Origin: Saccostrea cucullata
Lineage: Eukaryota
Direction of reading: 5' to 3'
DNA: 64,000 bases
Assembly (NCBI RefSeq): GCF_032062105.1
Contig: NW_026923345.1
Coordinates: 124,001-188,000, forward strand
How positions within the stretch are numbered: position 1 is the first letter of the stretch; every line of letters begins with the position of its first letter. This document shows positions 57,401-64,000 of this stretch, piece by piece. The notes beneath the pieces were generated by a model. It did no database searches, was not told where the DNA came from, and was given only the letters and a program-made list of their open reading frames with translations. A program made the translations under genes and the position numbers.

Positions 57401-60336
57401 AACTTTGTTCTTTACCAGATTCCCCCCTTTGTAATACCTACTGTGGCTCTGCCCTACCCTGGGGGTCATAATTTGACCAAATGAATTTAGAATCTACACC
57501 CAATGATGCTTCTACATAAGTCTTAGCTTTTCTGCCCCTGTGGTTCTTGAGAAGAAGATTTTTAAATTTTTTCTATATCATGTATATATTACAATGTAAC
57601 ACTTTAACCCTAATTATTTTGTAACCTTTGAAAAGATGTTAGGAGAACTGCCCCATATTTTTCTGCTGTTTCATAGCAGGTCTTAATGTCAGTGTAAGAC
57701 TCTGCAGTTGGCTTTTCCACCATGACTGATTTACCTGTCAAAAAAATATTATCTTTTAATTTTCACACATCCATTTGAATTTTAAGAAATGTGTTAAAAT
57801 TGAATGTTCCACAAACCTTCTTTTAGGCCATCACAAATGAATTCTGCATGGGTTGCTGTTGGACTAAATATAAAAATGGCATCTAATCTGGAAATATACA
57901 AGATTGTTTCAGATTTCAAATTAAATAACTTTTAAAATATGTAAATTACAGTGCACTTGAAAATTTTAAAACTGCTATAACATTGTTTCTCTCTTCATGC
58001 TTTAGTCTTCAAAAATATTTGTCTTTAAACATTAAATTTATTGTAATTAAGCAATGCCAAAATCATCATTAATCATATCAAATTTAGTTGGTTGCTTTTT
58101 CAACAGCAGGATTTTTTCTTAGAATGTGGACAAAAATAAAGACCACATGTGAAAAAGATCTACAAAGAAGAAAATTCCTTTCTAATGGTCACCCTTTATC
58201 AGCTAGTAATCGCTTTCTCTCTATGGCCTTGAAGAATGGTATATCCTGAATAAAGAGCTCTTCTTGGCATTTTTGAGTTTGCTGGTCACTCTCCTCAATG
58301 ATCCAGTTTATATTGTATCTCCTGTCCCTGAGAATATTGGGGATATGGACAGAAGTGGCAATGCGCCCTGCTCCCAGAACTCCAACATTCAGGCGACGTT
58401 TCTTGTTAGTTTTTTCCACCACAGTAGAGAATAGAGAATTTTGGCATTCCTTAAGATTGAAAAAGAAAAAAAAATCCTTGAAATGGGTTTATATATAGTA
58501 GTTTCTAAGGAATCTCTGTACTTAAAAGAGAATAATTATCATAGGAAACATGAAAATCAGAAAGGTCTTCCGATTTAGGAAATCAGAATTTTTAGACCTT
58601 AAATATGTACCAATCATAATGAACATTTTCATTCTGATTGTCAAACTTCTGGTATGAAATCAATCCCTACAACCTATTTAAATCTTACTTTGATCTTTGT
58701 ACCACAATAGTGTTTTCCATTGAGGTGATTTAAGCAAGAGTTATTCCCCATGGCCTCCATATTGTAGGTCAACATTTCCAGATCCATTTAATCATTATTC
58801 AACTAAGTTCAATTTGTTATACTGGTTACTGAGGTAAAGCTAGATAACACTATTTTTCTTATGAATATACATTTGTTACAGTAAAAATAATTTTAAGACT
58901 ATTTTTCATAATTTCTTGCATGCGTGTTTAAAATTGGTTGCTCAAAAGAGGTAAATTCACATTTGTTACAGCCTCTGTTTTTTAATAAGAAAAAACACAC
59001 AATCAATTGATTTAGTCGAAATTTTTGAATTTTGTCAATACAAATAATTCTGTACAAATATTTTAAGCATTTAATCCCTTATTTTGCTTAAGAATAGATA
59101 TTTCTTCTATTAAAGCAGTTTAGTTAGATCAAATGCGTCATTTTTATGACTTTTTAAAATTGGCTTGTGTTGCTAGGTTTTTGAAAGAGAGGTAAACAGA
59201 GAAAAAACTTACTAATTGCCCTACAAGATGGCAGCTAAGGGGAATAACTCCTAGGCAATATACATCATAAGAAAAGGGTCTATAGTGTAGTACAGAAGCG
59301 AGGGACTCCTTCCCTCTATTTTTTTTTAACTCTTAAAATCTCCATTTCTAATCAGTGTAACTCATGCTGCTATAGTTGCATTTAAAGAGTACTGGGATAT
59401 ATGTCTTAGGAATTAACAATGATAAATATTTCTTTCCATCCAAACAGATCGATTTTATCATGCACTTCTAAATGCACTTCATTGTAAGTTACATGTAATT
59501 ACAAAACTAAATAATTTTATCATGCATTAAATTTTGGGTACAATGTATTTCTATATATGTACATACTGTGACTTTTGGCACCAATAAAAAATTGGGATGC
59601 TTGTCATTTTACTTTTTTGTGCAGTGACTATAGCACCTGAAGCCCCCTCTGTCTTTGGGCCTTAAACTCAGGTGAGCTAAAAATTATTGTCAAAATAGAA
59701 GTTTATATGAATAAACAGCCAGAGATGACCTCAGAGTCAGTATGGCAATATAATAACTCTGAGGATCCCTGGCATAGCGAGGATGAAAAAAGTATAATTA
59801 TGAGCTATCTGTAATTGTGACAATAAAGAAAAAAATACAGGCTCTAGGTTGCCTTTTTAAAAATTTTACCTTGTATGAATGCATGTATATTTTTATTATT
59901 AGTAGTATAATTCTTTTTTTTTAATCCATAACTGTCAGGTCAATGACCTATCAAAGATTGGTTTGTTTACATTTCCCTCCTATATATGATATCCAATGTT
60001 TATCCTTCAACACTATTCAAGAGGCATTTTTGCGTGATTATCCAAAATATCTACATGTAGGCCTAATGATGTATGATATCCAGTGGTCTGCATGAAAGAT
60101 ATTGTCTCATCGTTATATATTTGAAATCGAGGAGATTTTGCCCTAATTCAACACGGTTATCACTGTGTCACGCCAACCAATAACTGATAAAACAAGTCAA
60201 GAAAAGGAATAATTTTCCTGATTCGAGTTAAGTCGCTGAATCTCTGTCACACATTGAGGATCAATGAACTTACCCTTATCTTGCGCGATAAGCCAGCCTC
60301 CTTGCTTACTGTGCTTAATGATAGTCTTCTAATCAT
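51432..60336 (-). CDS. Gfo/Idh/MocA-family oxidoreductase (myo-inositol 2-dehydrogenase-like), 8 exons, ~378 aa
   Basis: Exons 60336-60274, 58449-58193, 57887-57817, 57734-57626, 57156-57029, 54260-54022, 52375-52210, 51535-51432 join in frame (1137 nt). Motifs: VGVLGAGRIA (Rossmann), PTATH, VEKP, FQRRFD, TSRD, DMAVHDVD, YGYDIRAE. Exon 1 is the least certain. Confidence 0.87.
52746..53189. mobile_element. MITE with ~30-bp TIR (Kolobok-like ends)
   Basis: aggccataataaaaatattcctagattctcatc / gatgagaatctagcaatttatttattatggcct. Confidence 0.7.
53264..54058 (-). repeat. 44-bp tandem copies of the oxidoreductase exon-6 end plus donor, split by an insertion
   Basis: acctcagctctgat.tc.ta.cc.tatacacactctct at 54020 (true exon), 53976, 53932 and 53294, with a partial copy at 53264. 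Confidence 0.9.
53314..53907. mobile_element. ~590-bp TIR element with internal actatagtt(t)ac subrepeats; one end CCATA (TATGG on - strand; Crypton-like, tentative)
   Basis: gccaaattcacaaaaatgagcta..aacatagtttcacagt / actgtgaaactatgtttatagctcatttctgtgaatttggc. Confidence 0.7.
55179..56585 (+). mobile_element. Helentron-type element carrying a ~140-bp satellite (~8 units, 55300-56520)
   Basis: agctcacctcaac ... gttgaggtgagctaaaa; unit includes gaaaatgtaggtcagattcagcatccgaagc...gtatcatccatgcaag...cctgcaccaaaa. Confidence 0.75.
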
Positions 60337-61029
60337 TATGAGTAACTGTTTGCGACGCCAAAGCAAAATTTACCTCTGATCTATCATTCAGTTGGAACAT
60401 GAAGACCTACTTCTTGGACTGTTAGAGTGATGAAATACTTGGGCGGATCCATGTTTTGTTAATCTCTGCGAGATGTCGTAGGGACTATCCCGCTGAGATT
60501 AATGTTTTGTTTGTTACAATGTATTATTGCGTTTTCCATACATTTCTCCCCGGGCACTGGAAGTTAATGTAAATATAGTAAGTGCATGTATAAAAAAAAA
60601 ATTACATTAACTTCCACTGCCCGTGCAGCTGTTATCAGTTCGTTACATATAAAAAAAACTTTACTGTACATTTATATAAATAGACTCTATTTATAATGTC
60701 ACTAGTATGAGATGAAATCGTAATAAATTGTTTTTTTTTCTCTCTTAATAATGCGGTGACGTAGCATCGTTTTTGAAAGGGGGAGCCAGAGAATTTTTTT
60801 CTTGTACCTGAAAAAGTTGACAGGCAAATAAAGGGGGGAGGGTGTAGAGGCCAACTTTTTTTCAAGGCCAACTTCTTTCAGTACCAATTTGCATGATTTG
60901 TTTGGCTTACAATTAATCTACATTTCCCTTACATCGCTTTACCGTAGTATAAAGGGGGGGGGTACCTGCCTTTCAATAAACATTTTCAATAGTAAAAAAT
61001 ACGTTCCTTTGTTATGAACCACTTTAATG

Positions 61030-62320
61030 GGTCCTCTATTCTCCTGACTGGTCATGATTTGAACAAATTTAATTCTACATTATCTTTTTTGATGCTTTTA
61101 TATTAATATGCTGAATACTATACTATTATATCACACCTTGTTAATAACTATTATATATATGATCTGTTTAATAATCATGTATGTAATATGCCCCACAAGG
61201 GCCCTAATCTGGAATAATAAATATATATTCATGATCAATCACGGCTTAATTTGTTCTTCTTCAAGTCTTGTGGAGAATTTTAACGATTTTTCCCATGTAT
61301 TCCTACGTAAACTTTAATCTACACTACACAAGGATGCTTCCATATAATTATGGACAATTACAGCTTAATTTGCTGTTCTTGAGAAGAAGACTTTTAAAGG
61401 ATTTTTTTCTATGTAATCCTACTTAATCAACCATAATATCCCCACCCTTGTCCCAGGAGTCATGATTTGAAAAATTTAAATCTACACTACCAGAGCATGC
61501 TTCCATATCATGGCTTTGCTTTTCTTGAGAAAAAGATTCTTAAAGATTCTTCCTATACACGTATAATGTATTCCTATGTTAAACTTTGATCCCCCATTGT
61601 GCCCCCCATCCTGACCCCAAAGGTCATGATTTGAACAGACTTGAATCTACACTATCAGAGGATGCTTCCATATATCCATGACCAATCATGGCTTTGCTGT
61701 TTTAGAGAAGAAGATTTTTAAAGGTTTTTCCTTTGTATTCCTATGTTCAAGTTTGATACCCAATTGTGGCCCCACCCTACCCTACGGGGTCATGATTTGA
61801 ACAAACATATCTGCACAACCAGAGGATGCTTCTACATGAGTTTCATCTTTCCTGGCATAGTGGTTCTTGAGAAGAACATTTTTAAAGATTTTCCCTATGT
61901 CACAGTATTCCTATGTAAAACTTTGATACCTCACTGTGTTCCCACCCTTCCCCCGGAGGTCCTGATTTGAACAAACTTGAAGCATTAATATTACACTACA
62001 TGAGGATGCTTCCACATGAGTTTCGTCTTTCCTGGCTTAGTGATTCTTGAGAAGAACATTTTCAAAGATTTTCCCTATGTATTCCTATGTAAAACTTTGA
62101 TACCCCAACGTGGCCCCACCCTTCCCCCGGGGGTCCTGCTTTGAACAAACTTGAATCTAAACTACATGAGGATGCTTCCATCTTTCCTGGCTTAGTTGTT
62201 CTTGAGAAGAAAAATTTTAATGATTTTTCCTATATATGTATTCCTATGTTAAACTTTGATACCCCATTGAGGCCCCATCCTAGCCCCTGGGGTCATGATA
62301 TGCCCAAGGTCACTTTTAGT
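61030..62320 (+). repeat. Cg170-like ~165-bp oyster satellite array (~6-7 diverged units)
   Basis: Recurrent ggtcatgatttgaacaaacttgaatctacacta...gaggatgcttcc...ttcttgagaagaa...ttcctatgt.aaactttgat. Family name from recall, not from a search. Confidence 0.7.
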
Positions 62321-64000
62321 TGGATTAGTATATGCATTTAAAAACTTTTCAAATTCCAAGGGGGAGGGCTCCCTCTAGATCCACCCATCGATTTTTCTCG
62401 AAAAATGTGTCTAGTTTTGCATTTTTACGGCGGTAGAGATGTCATATTTTTGCAAGACCTTTTTTAAAACTCTAAATTTGAACCTTGAATCATACTGGGA
62501 TGCAAGAAATGAAAATTGTTGCTCAAAAAGATTTTAAGCATCAGAGTTCTTGACTTACTAGTACTTAGAAGTGGATGCCCTTGAGGAAATAATTTGAACA
62601 CCCTCGGACTTAAAGGGAGTCATCCCCACCCCACCCCCCTCTTCGTGACTAAAAATATATATAGGTTTAATAAACCATATGTTATCAAGCCATTGTCCGG
62701 AGTTTGCTCATAGCTCTTGTTAGCAACGATGGTAAAATGACTACATATATAGTTACATGTAGAACTTTATCTTCAACAGTTCAAATTAAATATATATATA
62801 CAGGGGCGGATCCAGCAATTTTTGAAAGGGGGGTTCCAGGGGTGTCTCCCTCTAACCCTCCCCCCCCCTTTACACACTCTCAGGCAAAGATTCACACACA
62901 CAATGGAAAAATATATATATATGTTCTACGTCCTTTTTTCTTTGAAAAGGTACCCCCAGTCCGTATAAAAAAAAATTAAACACATTTAAAAAACTACTGA
63001 AGCCTTAAAATTGAATGGATTTGTAGCATTTCCGAAGAGTAGAATGAATTTTCTTAAAGAATTTGAAAATCCTTTTTGGGTTGGGTATAAAACAATGAAT
63101 TAAATTTTAGTTCCTTCATAAGATTTAGTTTTAAAAAACGGCACCTTCTTGTATATAGCCAACACAGTCAAATTAAGATCGCGGGAATCTAATATCAAAT
63201 TTAACCTCGCATGTTACATATCATATATTAGATATATAAAAATAAGTAGAATATTTTCTACCATTCACTCATAAAAAGTAATAGTTGAATGGAAAAACTA
63301 AATGTTGAGAATCCATCTGTTCAATACATATTTAAGTTAGACGTACAAATACTTATTCTCGGGAAACGTTTTATCCCCCTTCTTTCTCTCTTTCTCCATT
63401 TGGCAAAAAATAAATATATCCGCCAATGTATATATGTACATCACTATTCAATCGGTCATATTCGATCTGTGAATTTAGTATCTAGAAATAATATAAAATA
63501 TAATTATCACTTACATGACTTTAACATGAATTGATTGAAAGGTATGAGAAAAATATGACAGACAGAACTTTTCTTCGAAAAATTCTTTTGGCAGAATTTC
63601 TATGATTTATAAATTAGGCCTATAAAAGATAGGCCTACCTGAATAAAGATTTTTTTTTTACGTGTACTTTGGTTATAATCTAAAAAAACTCGTGTGGAAA
63701 ATTGGATATTATCATTTTTAGACCTTGCTTTTGATTTTTTGCCATTTTATTCAACTTTTATTGCAAACTGAGGAATTTTTTTTCTTCATGAAATACAATG
63801 TATCTAGAAAAATCTTGTCACTTTTACTTTCATCATTTTCGCACGAGACATATTTTGCTCGTCGATTTTGATCAATCCTCTAACTCCTCTTTTCATCATT
63901 TCTCCCAAATTTTGATTGCTTACTTTATTAATTACATCATTTCTAAATAATCAGCACTTTTTTCATAAAAAGCTCGTGATATATGAAAAATTTTATCATT

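Noticed and set aside
51432-60336. Bacterial contamination or recent horizontal transfer of the iolG-like gene
   Set aside because: Seven GT-AG introns, several containing host repeats, and host-like base composition.

Overview
AT-rich, intron-rich animal genomic DNA, most likely an oyster (Ostreidae; inferred from ~165-bp Cg170-like satellite units inside Helentron-type non-autonomous elements). I spliced three genes by hand. (1) + strand 544-4427: 3' part of an Ig-Ig-TM-TIR (IL-1 receptor-like) gene with a divergent TIR domain and a GC-AG intron. (2) - strand 39936-9497: a 31-coding-exon ABCC5/MRP5-like ABC transporter (~1401 aa). (3) - strand 60336-51432: an 8-exon Gfo/Idh/MocA (myo-inositol 2-dehydrogenase-like) gene (~378 aa). 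The rest is MITEs, Helentron-like elements, satellites and a decayed copy of the 3' end of gene 3 lying ~47 kb from its parent. The most striking pattern: six sequence-unrelated tandem arrays each begin exactly at the 3' end of a coding exon (five at a 5' splice site, one at the stop codon) and run downstream in the direction of transcription. Five are clearly built from the exon end itself, three share a 34-bp unit, and together they add roughly 100 decoy splice donors. All coordinates were read by eye and may be off by a few bases; no database search was run.
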